DNA of 64,000 bases from Chrysemys picta bellii (taxonomy: Eukaryota), in NCBI RefSeq assembly GCF_011386835.1, contig NC_088804.1, positions 23,126,001 to 23,190,000 of the forward strand, read 5' to 3'. The translations under genes and the position numbers were made by a program. The notes beneath the pieces were generated by a model. It was given only the letters and a program-made list of their open reading frames with translations. It was not told where the DNA came from and searched no databases. Of the stretch, positions 12,306 through 26,415 are shown in pieces. Each line of letters opens with the position of its first letter. Position 1 is the first letter of the stretch.

Positions 12306-13588
12306 GTTGGCTGTAGTACAGTGATTTGCAAAACATTCTGGGCTGTAATTTAAGCTTTTTGGAAGAGGAGAAACAAAATCTCTGGTTATGGAGTTCTGAG
12401 AAATGAACTGCTTTAGAAACTGCACATGCACAAGAGTTTAATTGCGGGAAGGTTTTCTTCCCCTAGCTGAGTTATTTATGAAGAGGAAGAGTGAAGAATA
12501 GTTTTGTTCTTGACAAATGTCCACCTTCTCTACTAAGATAACAAAGAAAACACCCTGTGACCTCTTGACATCATTTAACGTCCCTTTCCCTCCTCCCTAC
12601 TGTGGTTCCAGGATGACATTTCCTTTTTGGTGCTTTGACATCAGCCTTTCCTTATCTGCTGTCAGATGACTTGCTCTTACTCTCCCAGCATGGAATTACT
12701 TTTGGAGACAGCCTAATACTCTAGGCTCCCGTTACATATAGCACTGCCCCTGTCACCTGGCTACTGCAGGTTTACAGGTGATTTCATTGGCATGCTGTAT
12801 GTGCATACTTGTGAATTGGTAAGTAGACCAGCCCACTTTTTCACTGAGAAGAAACATTAGTGTGATCATCAAATATGTTAACTCTCTGGATGAGAAATCT
12901 GTGTGATCCAAAGGATTTGCATAGAGAGAACTTTGTGACTGTTACAAAGTGTAGAGTATTCTTTTTAACATCTCTCATTCTGTTGGGATGTTCCTTTGTC
13001 TTTCATACTGCACTTAGTCTATTCCACAATTCCTCTGTGAAAGAGTTTAGTTTTCACATTATATTTCACATTATGAGGATCATTTTTCCAACACTGAGTC
13101 TTTCTTAGATACATCCCACTAATGTCAGCTTCTTTCAAGTTACAGTAGTTTAAATTTCTCCTCTAGTCCATTCTCCTCCCAACACCGCATAAAACATAAA
13201 CAAAAAGCAGTGTTACAAAAGTATGAATAGACAATAGAAAGTAATTTTACCTCACAGCATGACTGAATACATCAGACACTCTTTAAACAACTGTGCTTTT
13301 AAAGGTATGAGACAGTTAACATTTTCTGAACCTGATTCAACCTGGAATTACACCAGGGATGAATTTGGTCTGTCTGGATTTTACAGTACAGTGTCTGGTT
13401 TTAAATAATTTTCATTATTATTCCAATATTCATGTGTATTTTTAAAAATACTTGCTGTAGTATCCTCCTTGCTGTGAGTGCTTGGAGCATTCCCCTGGCA
13501 TTAACTAAGAAGTTCTTACATCACCCTCATCTTCGTGGTATCAGAGCACCTTTCAGTGGTGCATTAAGCAACGTAGCTAACCTGTGTC

Positions 13589-13710
13589 TAGGGTGACCAG
13601 ACAGCAAATGTGAAAAATCGGGACAGGGGTGGGGGGTAATAGGAGCCTATATAAGAAAAAGGCCCCAAAATCGGGACTGTCCCTATAAATCGGGACATCT
13701 GGTCACCCTA
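13589..13710 (-). mobile_element. hAT-type MITE (TAGGGTGACCAGA TIR family), copy 2
   Basis: TIRs tagggtgaccaga and tctggtcacccta. Perfect 8-bp TSD cctgtgtc at 13581-13588 and 13711-13718. Confidence 0.93.
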
Positions 13711-16700
13711 CCTGTGTCACCTGTAGTTTGCTCTAGTATCCACTCCCCAGGGGGAGAAGTGTGCATCCAATGTAATGTTTTGTTACACTTAACACGTCAG
13801 CAAGAACTGTGCTTTTACGTTAGAGGCAGCATAGTGATGTCAAACAATTTATTATTATTCATTTATCATTTTTCTTATATAATATCAATATATTAGCATT
13901 TTTATAATCTATGCTAGTTAGAATTGGGGAATTATGTTTCTAATGCAGCATGTTTATTATTTTTTAATTCCCTTTATAAAAAGTTAGTGTAATTAACCAT
14001 TAACAGACCAATTTACCAAGACTGTATGTACATCCAGACGCGACAAAGGCCATTAGTGTGGATCAAACACAGGATCTTCCGCACCAAAAGTACTTGCCTA
14101 CACCACTTGAAGTAAATGGAAGCTCCTTTAACTGTGATAAAGTAGCAGGTTGTATCAATTCTGGGACCAACCACTGGAGGGAGAGGTGGTCACCACTAGG
14201 CCAGTGTATTATATTAGCACTCTTGGTGTGCTTAGTCTCTTTCATTCTCTCTTCCCCTGCTTTTAAGATTCTCTTCTTCTGGGTATCCAAAGCTACATTT
14301 CTCAGTCTTCAGGCTGTAATCTCTCTTTGCCTCTAAGCTCCCAGATCTTTGTTTTTGCTAAATCTCTTCAAGAACTCAATCCCCTCTGCTCCCAGTCCAT
14401 GTCTCTTTATCCTGTTTAACTTTTGGTCAGATTGTGTTCAGTTACTCAGTAAATTCACAGTAACTCCAATTAAGTTCATGACACCTTCTCTTCAAGGTCA
14501 TCCTTGTCTCTCTCTTCCAAATAGGCCATGCTTTCCCACAGGCCACACTCTCTATTTTTAAGCCTTTTATGTTAGAACCAACTTATTCGTTGCTGCCCTC
14601 TTTCTGTTCTCCCTTCTTACCTTTCATGCCCAGCAATTCCCTCAAATTTATGTTCTTGTTGCTAAGCTAGGGTTTAGTCCTGCTTTTCTTGGAATCTGTG
14701 GGAGTTTTGCCACTGATTTCAACAGCAGCAAAATAAGGTGCTTGAGGAGAAATAGCCAAATACCTAATCCTTTTTCATCAGAATTTCTGGTCATCTACAC
14801 ATCTTGCCCAACTTACCTCTCTCTTTTTTTTGTTAAATAAATGAGTTAGGGATATGTTCTTTGTATGATTCACTTTTCTCTCCCCCTAATGTTAGATAGT
14901 TGTATAAGTTGCCGAGGTTACCTGAGCCTCCAGTGTCACCTACCTGGCAGTAGAATATGGTAGAAACTTGTTTGGTACATGGAAGGGGGCTGGAGCTGGC
15001 AGTGGAGTAGCAAGGTTGAAAACTTAGAACCTTTCCTGCAAACATGGATGTGCAAGTTAGAATTTCTATGCGGGTATCATTTTGTATGGCAGATGCCTAT
15101 GTGCACTCATTCATTGTAGCCACAGGAGGGAAAAACGCTTATTCTCCATGTGCTTTGGAATTTCCTTATGTCCCTTTTTTAAATTTCAAAGGTATTGGTG
15201 TAGTACAATATAGAGCTCCAAATTCATCTAATTTTTATCAGACACCTAGTGTGCTCTGGAGCTGTAGAGCAACTGATGCCGTACAGTGACTCCCTGCACT
15301 AGTATTTCCCACTTCCAGGGGTTGAAATGGATTTTTATTCATCTGTGCTTGTGAAGGTCCAAGATGTCTTTCACCCACCATCTGACACTGTGAAGTGGCA
15401 CCACATTTGAGACAGAAGTTGCAGCATCAATGCTTACAACACGCTTCTGTTGCCCTTTTGCTATGAACCTTTCTGCTTCTGCTTAGTGCGACTAGTTTCA
15501 GATTCTTTCTAGATGTAAAGCAGTAAACCCTCATACACACATTGTGCAGTTGCTTTTGTATTGTCAAAATGGGATTACATACAGCAATATTTGATGTGTG
15601 CTGAAATGTTGTCCTGCTTCCGGTATACTGCCAGAAATGTCTGTATTCCTCATTGGTGCATCTACACAGCCGTGTAGCAAAATCACACAATTTCAGCCTG
15701 CTCTACTTGGAAGTCCCCTGGCAGCAGAATCAGCCATATAAAAGGCAGGACAAGGAGAGAGCATCAGGGGTGCATCCCCCACATCTGTGGGTGATTCCTG
15801 TAGGACAGCACCTAATGGGGGCTGGAGGATTTACTGCTGTGCAGATTAGTTTTAGGGTTGGAGTAGTGGCTGCAAAATAGCTCCTCAGCCTGAGGGAGAG
15901 GCTCCTTCCTTCCCTCATTCCCTTGCACGTCTCCAGTGTCTCTGCCAGTGTAAACTGACACTACTGTATTGAAGTCAATGGAGTTGCATCATTTTACACC
16001 TGCAGAGGATTAGTCCCATTGTCTTGACTTATAGCAGATATATAATTAGAAAGTAAAGATGGATCAGAATCACAATGTTCATATCTGGATCCTAACTCCT
16101 CCTGTGTTCAATTCAGTTGGGATCTAGAGCCTCGGTTTGGGTCCGTCTCTCTGTTTACGTGAATGTTTTATATGAGAGTTTAGGTGTCTATTTATCATTA
16201 TCACACAAACAAGGTTGTATGCTGCCACTTTAATTCAATGCAATCAAAATAATTATAAAGAGAGCACATTAATTTTCTTAACATGAAGTCTGCCCTGTCA
16301 GTTTGCATAGAAGGTACCTAACTCAAGGAGGTGGTATATTTATAGTAAATCATTGTATGTGAGATATTTTGCTTACTTCTTGTTGTGTTGCTTAGTAAAG
16401 AACATAGTTGACTCACCACAGAAATATCTTGTACTTTTGACAGGGCTAAATCTTGGGTGTCAATCAATGCATTTTGTATTGTAGTGTTATAAAAGGAGGA
16501 AGAGGCTTGGGGGAGAGAGGTGGCGAGTGATGGGGGTGAATTGGTAGAAAAAAGTAACTGATATTCTGCGCAGTGAAGAGGAATGTAAAAGTATTGTCCA
16601 AAATACACAATCCATTCAACATCTCTTCATTTCTAAACATTGCCTGACAGTTGGGAGGCAGGGCACATAGATTCAGTTCTCAGTTACAGCAGTGTAAATC

Positions 16701-17549
16701 CATTTACATCCCGCACCTGTGATAACTTCAGTGGAGTTACTCCAAATTTACATGACTGTGACTGAGAGCAGAAGCTAGCCCAGACTATACAGTATAGGAG
16801 GAGACAAAGGTTAGCCAGATAAGTACTCTTTTCATTCGTCTAAATTTAATTTTTCCTTGATGGAGTGCAGTCCATCATAGGTAACAAACTAAAAGCATCA
16901 GTTCTGTATATTTCTATGGTATGAAGGTTACCTCAGTACTTCAGAACAAGCTTGTGCTGAAGTGCTTTTCCTTTGCTTTTTCAATTAACCTCAAGAAGCG
17001 TTCTGTTTCTGGAGTGAGGAAACAATTCAGATTCCATTTATACTAATTATACACTCACTCAATCCTAATCCTTGGCCTCTTTTAAGCACAAAATAAAATA
17101 AAGGAAAAATACTGGTTTGGTTTACAAAAACACCCTGAAGTTTGGGTGCTTCACCAGATCTAACCTGAAGTATCTGACCTACTTGAGTCTGCAGAACTAA
17201 CCTGGAAATCTCACGAGGACAGGCTTTCTAATGAGATATCTGGTATTTGGTGCTGTGGTCAGGCTGGAAATACCTCAGGAGCAACCTTTTGGGCACTTCA
17301 TGGTTCTGGCTGGGATCAGAAGTAGAAGTGCAGAGGTGAATGGAAATAAAAATAATAAGTGAAAGAGATTCCATTAAAAAACCCCAACCACCTCAAACAA
17401 AGTTGAGCTTGAGTTGGACTGCGTTTTGAAAACAGGTTGATTATAATGGATACATTTTAGAAACCATAAAAATACCTACAATAGCTTTCCCATAGATGTG
17501 AATCTAAGGTCTAATATCTTAGGACTTCGGGAGAGGGGGAAAGTGGGGG

Positions 17550-17566
17550 GAGAGAGAGAGAGAGAG
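17550..17566. repeat. (GA)n microsatellite
   Basis: About 8 GA units, preceded by a purine-rich G-run tract. Confidence 0.9.
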
Positions 17567-17660
17567 AATTAAGATATTTTAAAAACCTAAACATAAAATA
17601 CATACTAATAATTTTATGTAATTTGTATAGGGATTTAACATTTGTCTGTCCCTTCTGTCA

Positions 17661-17973
17661 GGCTACATCTACACTTGGAGCTCGGGAGGTGATTCCCATC
17701 CCACAGACATACTCATGCTAGCTTTCATTGAGCTAGTGTGCTAAAAATAGTATTGTAGCTGCTGTATTATGTGCATTGGTGAGCAGTGGCATGGGTTAGC
17801 TGCCCTTAGTGCAAACCTCCCTGTACCCTGTGGGTCTGTACCTGGGGTGGCTAGCCCATGCCGCCTCTTGATGCTGCCCATGCTACAGTGGCTACACTAC
17901 TGTTTTTTAGTGCATTAGCTAGTGTGAGTGTGTCTACGTGAGCTGGGACTCTAGCTCCAAGTGTAGATGCTCC
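17661..17973. mobile_element. Older palindromic Harbinger-like MITE
   Basis: Termini ggctacatctacacttggagct and agctccaagtgtagatgctcc, flanked by TCA and TGA, with internal inverted segments. Confidence 0.68.
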
Positions 17974-19419
17974 TGATCAGTCTCTCCTTTCAGAGAGCCT
18001 CGGGGAGTGTTTGGGTTAATACATTCTCTCTTACAAGAGTGGCTCCTAGAGGAAAACTGATTGAGCACAGATTTTTGGTTCCAATTGCAATAGCAATGAA
18101 AGCCCAACTCTTCCAAAAGTAGTCAGTGGAAAAGGTCATTAAAGACTGCTGGAAGGAAAAAGAAGTGGGGAAGACTGGGAAAGCCACCCTGGTGTTAGGA
18201 GGAATTGTCCAGAGTAGCTCCAGGGGAACTGAGGGTTTAGCCAGAGCTCCTTTTTCATCTCTGCAAGCTGCAGTCAAAATAACACTACCACATGGACCCT
18301 GCTGCTGAGACAAGGGATGCCTAGGCCCCTGCCAGCAACAGCATCAGGGAAATTTCCAGCTCAGAAACAAGAAAATAGAGGCTATTATTAAGGCAGAGGG
18401 ACTGCCTGATCCTTCCATCCTCAGAAATGCCAGGATTCCTTGCTCCTGACTGAGGCAGGAACAAGGAAACCATGAGTGGATCTGGATATCATCTGACAAT
18501 AGTTTGAGCAGGCTCCAGAGGTGTACACACAAACATGGGGGCTTGATTTCCAGAGCTGCTAATCACCCCCAGCTCCGTTTGATACTGAGGGTATGTAGCA
18601 TCTCTGAAAATCAGAGATAATTGACATTGAGTAAGTGACTCCTGAGATCTCTCCACCCTATTGTTGCTTTTTGCCCCTATCTCCCACTCAGTCAGTTGGG
18701 TCCCTTACCCATAGCAATAGACCCTATCACCTACAAGCCAACCAAGATTTATACACTGAACACTGGGGCAATTATCACTGCATGTACAGCTAGCCAATCT
18801 TTGCATAAGGGAGACCCCTCCAGTGTTGGAAGAGAAAATTGTATGTGTGTGAGTGTGGGTGGGGGCTTATATTATTAGTCTATTTACATTACATTTATTT
18901 ACCCAGCCTTTTCCTACAGTTTCCTTTTTTTGGTATTCCTGTCCCCTAGTTTAATTAAAGCCATGCCTAGTGGCCTGCCTGTCATCTGCTCGTTACTATC
19001 CAAATGTGTGTGTGTTGTATCAGTTCCTTAGATTGTATGCATTTCCCGTGCTGGTGTAGGTGAGATGCTCTGGGATTCCCTGTAAAGTTTTATGGGAGGG
19101 AGACTGACGCCCACACTCAGAGTGCACAGACTACTTCTCCAGGTGGAGGCTCTGTACAGTCTTCAAGCTGGTACTGATTTACTGTCTTGAATAGCAACTC
19201 CAGCAGATCTATGTTACAGCCTGGAGTTGCTGAGAGCCCGAGGACTGCTGTCCAGAAGAGAGCGCCCTTGCCTAGAGGCAATGGGTGAACGTCCCACTGG
19301 GGTGGCATTTCACCTGTATGCTGTACAAAGGGCCTGTAAATGAAAAGTTAATTGCATTTTTAACAGTATTCTGATTCTAGTGATATACCTCATTTTTGGT
19401 ACAGGGAATATGTCTCTAA

Positions 19420-19706
19420 GGATATGTCTACACTTCAAGCTGGGGTTGTGATTCTCAGTTCAAGGAGACATACCCACACCAGGTCTAATGAACTAGTGTG
19501 ATAAAAATTGAGTGTAGCCATGGCAACAGGATTGTCTAGCTGCCCCGGGTCTCAGACAGGAATGTTCTCAGGACAGCTAGCCTCTCCTGCAACTCTCACT
19601 GCCGCAGCTACACCCTGTCTTTAGCAGGCTAGCGCGATCAGAGCTAGCGTGGGTATGTCTCCTTGACCTGGGAATCGCACCCCCAGCTCAAAGTGTAGAC
19701 ATACCT
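19420..19706. mobile_element. Palindromic Harbinger-like MITE
   Basis: TAA TSD at 19417-19419 and 19707-19709. TIRs ggatatgtctacactt and aagtgtagacatacct. Subterminal ggagacatacccac / gtgggtatgtctcc inverted pair. Confidence 0.8.
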
Positions 19707-22075
19707 TAACTGCTAGAGACTTTCAAAACAGAATGGAATTCCTGAGTTTGACCACTGTATGCATAATATACACATACAACTGGGCCCATTTTCAGAAGGG
19801 TGGCCACCCTTTTTTGAAACAATTTTGCACCTATGATTCATTTAGAGGTGCAAACCTGAGCTGATGACCTGTAATTAAGTCATTGCAAACATAAATTGGG
19901 TTGAGGTGCAATTACTCAGACTGGCAGGCACAGTTCATTATGCATGTGTAAATCTAAGGGTTCAATTTGCACTGACAAATATTAGAGCCAATCAGAAATC
20001 ATACCCTTATAGTTGTTTATTTCAAAATTTGCTTATTTAGGTTGGTTAAAATTTTACAAATTGAGAGAAGACTGACATTCAGTGCTTTCTCTTAGGTTGT
20101 CATTTTATGTTCATTAAATGCCTGTGTTAATCTAATAGAGTTTAGATTTATGGTGGGCTTTATACCATGTCATATTTTAATCAATATGTATTCCAACATT
20201 TAGATGGACAGATGAGGAAATCTGCCTCATCTCTGCACTTTTGTTCTATCAGCTGTCAATAATTCCTAATCTGAATTCTTCAAGTGATCCAATGTATGGG
20301 TTTTAGTATATTGCATTCAGCACAGAAATTAACTTTTGGGGAAAATGATGTTAAAGGTCACACAGAGTCTTGAAGGAACAATAACTGTGTCTATCTTATA
20401 TACATGCTAACAGCATCTCTAAGATAAAGTGCATTAGAGTGTTTATCTGCGGGAAGAATGTAGATTGTTTTATCATATCTGTTGTAGCTACATCCTTTTA
20501 CAAGTGAGGAGGTAAAGGCTGAAAAGAAAGTTCTGTGAAATCTGCTGATTTAAGAACACAGAGCTGCTGCTGCTGGGTTATTTTTATGCCCAATGGGAGT
20601 CTTTTCCCCCCGTAATGTGTGTAATAGGGCTTTGACAGAGTGTTTAGTTCACAGGGGTTGTCCAAGCAAAATTCCATAGAGTTTGTTTTGCAGGGAGTGG
20701 TATCAAATCAATTCCTGCTTTTCACAAAGAAGTTCAGGTTTGTGTAGAATCCAAATCTCCATGCAACCCTTCCACATCTCCCTGGGACCTCACAGCTATT
20801 CCAAGGTCTAAGGGACTCTTTTATCTTTAGAGCTCAGCCACCCACACAACCCAGAGACTGCACCCAAAACATTATGTCCATGTTTCTGTTCCCTGTTCCT
20901 CATGTCTTCAAGTGGAGCTAAGCTGTTCCACCATCACAGATCTTCAGGAGTCCACCACAAAGGGACAACAAGAGGGCTAATGGCTTTACTGATGCCTTGT
21001 GATTGGGGAGATGCCACATGTAGTTGGTAAAGAAACCCCACCACTAAAAATTCATGGATGCAGGCCAGTGGGGGTAGAACTGTCTCCTAGAGCCTCCTGC
21101 CCGGCATGTGAGAGGGAGGACATCTCCTGCTCCTCCTCTCTCCAGAAGACTTTGGAGTATTGATGAAGGCTAACAATACAAGTGATCCTCCTTGGTGGTG
21201 CCCCAAAATCTTGCAGTGAGAAGAGTTGGTAAATGGAGGGGCCTGGAGAGGAGGTAGTGGCTAACAAAGAGAGGGAATTCAGGCTGTGCAAACATCTGTG
21301 GCCCTGGACTGAGATTATTGAGTTTGAGTAGAACCTAAACCCAGCCTGACTTTTGTTCTGTTGAGGTTTCCATACAAACTATTCATGCAGCAGTATTATT
21401 TAGCAACAGCTAGTGATTCTGGTTGGTGCTGAGGCAATTTAACAGCAGAACTGATCTATAAAAACATATTAGGCTAGGATGACCCTAATAATCTGCAAGG
21501 AAGTGGACATACATACTGCTACATATGGGTTATCTCAATAATTTCATTGTATTTATGTATTTAAACTTTTATTATGTCTACCACGGACTCCAAGCACGTT
21601 GCCCTCACTTAACAGTACTGGCTCTGGCATTATACATTAAATCAACTATAAAAGATACTTCCAGATGACCTAACCAATTCCAGCCGATTACCCCAGAGAT
21701 CAGGGAAGGATTACTCCCCCTCCTCCCCGCCCCCCACACACACATGCAGAACTACATAGTAGGTCATATTTCACATAGGTGGGGAAGAGAGTGTTGTTTC
21801 CCCTTCTTCTGAAGCATCAGATATTTGTCACTGCTGGGAGCTTGTTACGAGACTTGATGGATCTTGTTTCATCTGTTTTGGTAAGTGCAGTGAGCTCACT
21901 TTGTTCAAAGATCTCAGGCATTAAACCTGTAGGTGGGAAAGCTCTCATAGGAGTAAATGAGATGGGCAGATTGCACCAGCGCAGTTCTCCTGCAACAATA
22001 ACAAACATTTTGAATTGGATACTACTAAACCTCATGCTTCAGGGCTCAAGCCAATCTCTATTAGAGATCTAATAA

Positions 22076-23267
22076 TGGCTCTGTGGATGAGGGGAAAGCA
22101 GTGGACGTGTTATTCCTTGACTTTAGCAAAGCTTTTGATACCATCTCCCACGGTATTCTTGCCAGCAATTTAAAGAAGTATGGGCTGGATGAATGGACTA
22201 TAAGGTGGATAGAAAGCTGGCTAGATCGTTGGGCTCAACGAGTAGTGATCAATGGCTCCATGTCTAGTTGGCAGCCGGTATCAAGCGGAGTGCCCCAAGG
22301 GTCAGTCCTGGGGCCAGTTTTGTTCAATATCTTCATTAATGATCTGGAGAATGGCGTGGACTGCACTCTCAGCAAGTTTGCAGATGACACTAAACTGGGA
22401 GGACTGGTAGATACGCTGGAGGGTAGGGATAGGATACAAAGGGACCTAGACAAATTAGAGGATTGGGCCAAAAGAAACCTGATGAGGTTCAACAAGGACA
22501 AGTGCAGAGTCCTGCACTTAGGACGGAAGAATCCTATGCACTGCTACAGGCTGGGGACCGACTGGCTAAGCAGCAGTTCTGCAGAAAAGAACCTAGCGGT
22601 TACAGTGGATGAGAAGCTGGATATGAGTCAACAGTGTGCCTTTGTTGCCAAGAAGGCTAACGGCATTTTGGGCTGTATAAGTAGGGGCATTGCCAGCAGA
22701 TTGAGGAACATGATTATTCCCCTCTATTTGAAATTGGTGAGGCCTCATCTGGAGTACTGTGTCCAGTTTTGGGGCCCACACTATAAGAAGGATGTGGAAA
22801 AATTGGAAAGAGTCCAGCGGAGGGCAACAAAAATGATTAGGGGGCTGGAGCACATGACTTATGAGGAGAGGCTGAGGGAACTGGGATTGTTTAGTCTGAA
22901 GAAGAGAAGAATGAGGGAGGATTTGATAGCTGCTTTCAACTACCTGAAAGGGGGTTCCAAAGAGGGTGGTTCTAGACTGTTCTCAGTGGTAGCAGATGAC
23001 AGAACAAGGAGTAATGGTCTCAAGTTGCAGTGGGGGAAGTTTAGGTTGGATATTAGGAAAAACTTTTTCACTAGGAGGGTGCTGAAGCACTGGAATGAGT
23101 TACTTAGGGAGGTGATGGAATCTCCTTCCTTAGAGGTTTTTAAGGTCAGGGTTGACAAAACCCTGGCTGGGATGATTTAGTTGGTGTTGGTCTTGCTTTG
23201 AGAAGGGGGTTGGACTAGATGACCTCCTGAGGTCCCTTCCAACCCTGATATTCTATGATTCTATGAT
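22076..23267 (+). mobile_element. 5'-truncated CR1 LINE with an open 365-codon ORF2 remnant (reverse transcriptase C-terminal part) and 3' tail
   Basis: ORF 22083-23180 contains [18 protein letters not shown] and [12 protein letters not shown] motifs. It is followed by the CR1 3' UTR ending ttctatgattctatgat. No endonuclease domain and no clean TSD. Confidence 0.95.
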
Positions 23268-23324
23268 CTGGATTAGACCTAATGGAGGCAGGTCCATCTC
23301 TTCCTATTGCAAGGTTCTTTTATC

Positions 23325-23527
23325 TGATACTGGGATTGAGCCTTGTGCTAGCGGGATTTGCGCTAGCACGGTAAAAATACTTGTGTAGACATGCTATAAA
23401 GCCAGAGCTCCAGCCCAACCACAATGTCTACACAGCCCTTTTTAGTGCACTAATTTCAAGCCGTGCTAGCACAAATCTGTGGACCCGGGCTAGGAGGCTC
23501 ACTCCCAGATGCAGTGCAGACATACTG
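23325..23527. mobile_element. Degenerate Harbinger-like palindromic MITE
   Basis: tgtgtagacat / atgtctacaca inverted core, gtgctagc repeats, and right end agtgcagacatac followed by tgTAA. Confidence 0.5.
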
Positions 23528-24659
23528 TAAGGGAGGCTGAGGTTGAACTCAAGCTGTTAACACAAATGAAAAGCCAAGTTGCTGTCTCATCACTGCTATT
23601 TTGAACCAAGTTAGCTAACTTGGGTTAATTACTTTTTTTGCAATGAAAACACACCCTTAGTAACTCAATATAATCGTATAGTCGAACTTAATTAATGTAA
23701 AGTTCTTTGTGATCTTGAGATAACAGAAAATCTTTAAGTGTATGGTATTTTTTTTATTACAAATAAGTATATTGAAGAGCACAAACTCACTACGGCAGAG
23801 AATTGTCTAGATGACCTATCAAGGGCTTTGCAGCTCTAATTTATATGGTTCTATTAAATGTATTTACCACAAATGTGTGCCAGGAAAGCATGCACAGAAG
23901 AGGTCCTCTTTTAATAGACTATTTCCTTTCTGTATATATCTATGTTCATGCAAATCCACTATAAATGCACTGTTGTCTAAGATACAGTTAATAAATGAAA
24001 GTAGCACAACGTGTGATTTTAAATCAGTTTAATAAAATTATTCCTGTAGATTTTAAATCATTTTTACAGTTGATTTAACATTTGTGACTGGTTTATAGAT
24101 TATGATATAGGATAGCGTTTGCATCTTTGCAATTTTATTCCAATTTAGAAACAGTACAAATATTAATTTTTGCTTCAATAATGGAGCCTTTGAGAATTAA
24201 ACGTGTCTTTTCTCAATACACAGCTTATGAGAATGCTTTAAATATGACTTTTAATATTTTGAGGACTTTATTGCAAATAAAGTTCTTTGAACTAAAACAT
24301 AACTGGAATATGTTCACAAAAGTTTCTTGCCAGACATATGTGAATGTTTTCCTTAGTTAATTTCATGGTGTGACATATATAAGAATTGTTCTCCATAATA
24401 TGAGACATTCTGTAGAAGAAATAAACAATGGTAATAAATGTATGTAGAGGTGGAAGTGAAGTAAGCCATATAGGTCATTCAAATATAATAAGATGGATGT
24501 CTTTTCAAAAGGTAGCAACATTGTGATTAAAAAATCTGAGCTTCAGTTGATTTGAAGTGATTGAGGGAGGAGCTAATAGCTTTATAATTAGACCTACTAC
24601 AGATTCATAATATCATCGGTTAAAGAGGAAACATTCTTACTGCCAGCAAAGGACAGGCT

Positions 24660-24918
24660 AAGGTTATATAGAGCTTTTCCCCTCCAGTTTCAAATTTGGC
24701 ACAGGTCGGTAGTGCTAATAAGTCATCACCATTTTTTGGCTCTTCAGTTGCCTATGTGAAATGAGTTTGGTGGATGTCAGTCTAGTATCTAGTGGACAGG
24801 ATTACAAAAATAACTATCATAACTAGCACTTATTGGCACCATTGTCAGAAATCTCATTAGAGAAGCCAAAACGGAAAGAGTGCTAAGGCTGAACTACTGG
24901 ACTCCCACCCCTGTGGGT
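24660..24918 (+). mobile_element. LF-SINE-like copy 1
   Basis: atatagagcttttcc...caggtcggtagt...gcctatgtgaaatgagtttggtgg...agtggacagg...ttggcacc...ctgaactac follows the motif order of the LF-SINE consensus as I recall it. Confidence 0.65.
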
Positions 24919-25432
24919 AAAGCCAACAGATGCATAAATCTTTCAAAAGCAATAATAATTCAATTAAAATGAAGAAATGAGGTAAGAGGGGTTGAGCTAG
25001 GATGTTCTCAAACTGCAATCTGATAAAATACCCATAGAGCATAGTCATAAGAGGTATTTTAAGAGCTAGTGATTCCTATGAATTTTCAGAGTAGATCAAC
25101 GGACAGAGTTAAATCCTGGTCCTATGTCCAAAGCCTGAATAAATGGGCTTTCATAGAGGAGTGATATCAGAGTTGGACAGTGAAGCATGCAAAGGGCATG
25201 TTACCTCTGATCTGGGGAACTTGGAAATATAAAAGGGAATTACATTTTTCATTTCTTTGTGTGCAAAGATAACCCAGAGAACATAAGTTGATAGAACTTA
25301 AAGTACAGTGCTCATACTTTAAAAGTATCTTCCATTTTGAATGATTTTTCTGACTTGAGAGAGGTTCCACATTCTGAAAAGGGTTGTATGGATAGAACCA
25401 GTATTATTGCCCAAAACCATAGAAATGTTTCA

Positions 25433-25545
25433 GGGCGCAGATTTAGCAAGGCAGTTAAGAATGTGCTTAACTTTAAGCACGAGTAGTCACACTGACTTTC
25501 AATTAAAGTTAAGCATGTGCTTGAGACCTTTGCTGAATCAGGGGC
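25433..25545. repeat. Short palindromic MITE-like element
   Basis: atttagcaagg..atgtgcttaacttt / aaagttaagcatgtgc..ctttgctgaatc fold-back. Confidence 0.6.
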
Positions 25546-25951
25546 TGAGTGCACCGAGTTAATTCTGGCTCTAAGCACAGTTGTGTGATCACAGTTTAAA
25601 TTAATTGGTTACATTCGGGGGAGAGGACAAAAAATTGTTTCATAGGCAAACTCAGAAATGCTGAAGTCTGTTCTGCCTACACAGAAGTTTGGAGATCAGG
25701 AAAACAGCCATTCCCTGGGCTGATTGCAGTGCACAAAGCACTGGGACAACCTATAGTAGATATGATCATTGGATTCATGTGGACATGGAAACTATACCTA
25801 TATCCCTATCATTCCCAAGCCTCTCATCCTGTCCTGTGCGCTGGAACAGAGTGTGCTGCCATGGACCGCTGCATTACAGAGGTCTGCATTGTCCTCATAC
25901 ATGATCTCTTCACAACCAACGCCCTCCTCTTGTGCAGCAAATTTTGAGACT

Positions 25952-26415
25952 AGCAGGAAATAGAAGAGTTAGAGGAGACCACATAGAGATGTATAAGGTC
26001 ATGTATCCAACTCTGATCAGTCCTTCATTTTTACATTGTCCCATAATACAGAAACAAGAGGTCACTTGATGAAATTAGTGGCAAGTAATTTAGAATAAAT
26101 AATAGGAAATTCTTCTTCAGCTGCCATGTAGTGAACCTGTTGAATTTACCTACAGTGCAGATCACCAGGTCAAACCCTGTTTTTAAGAAGGGCTGTTTAA
26201 GATGATGCCTCAGAATAAAATCTGTAGTTTCATGTTCAAAAATATAGTGAGTTTCAGAACTCCAGGTGTGAAAGGAACACTGCAGCAGGAGTCAAAATAG
26301 CTCCCCTTGTCCATGTTATATCATGGCTAGGTGAGTCTTGTCTTCCTCTGAAGCATCAGGCACTGAATCTGTATGAGGCAGACAGCTGGATTTGATGAAC
26401 CAGTGAATGGTTTGA
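25952..26415 (+). mobile_element. Old CR1/L3 3' fragment
   Basis: gaaatagaagagttagaggagaccacatagagatgtataaggtc encodes an RRVRGDHIEMYKV-like CR1 ORF2 end. CR1 3' UTR-like cctctgaagcatc...ctggatttgatgaacc follows at about 26345-26400. Confidence 0.6.

Noticed and set aside
22083-23180. 365-aa ORF as a host gene
   Set aside because: It is CR1 ORF2 reverse transcriptase, 5'-truncated, starts at a GTG, and is followed by a CR1 tail.
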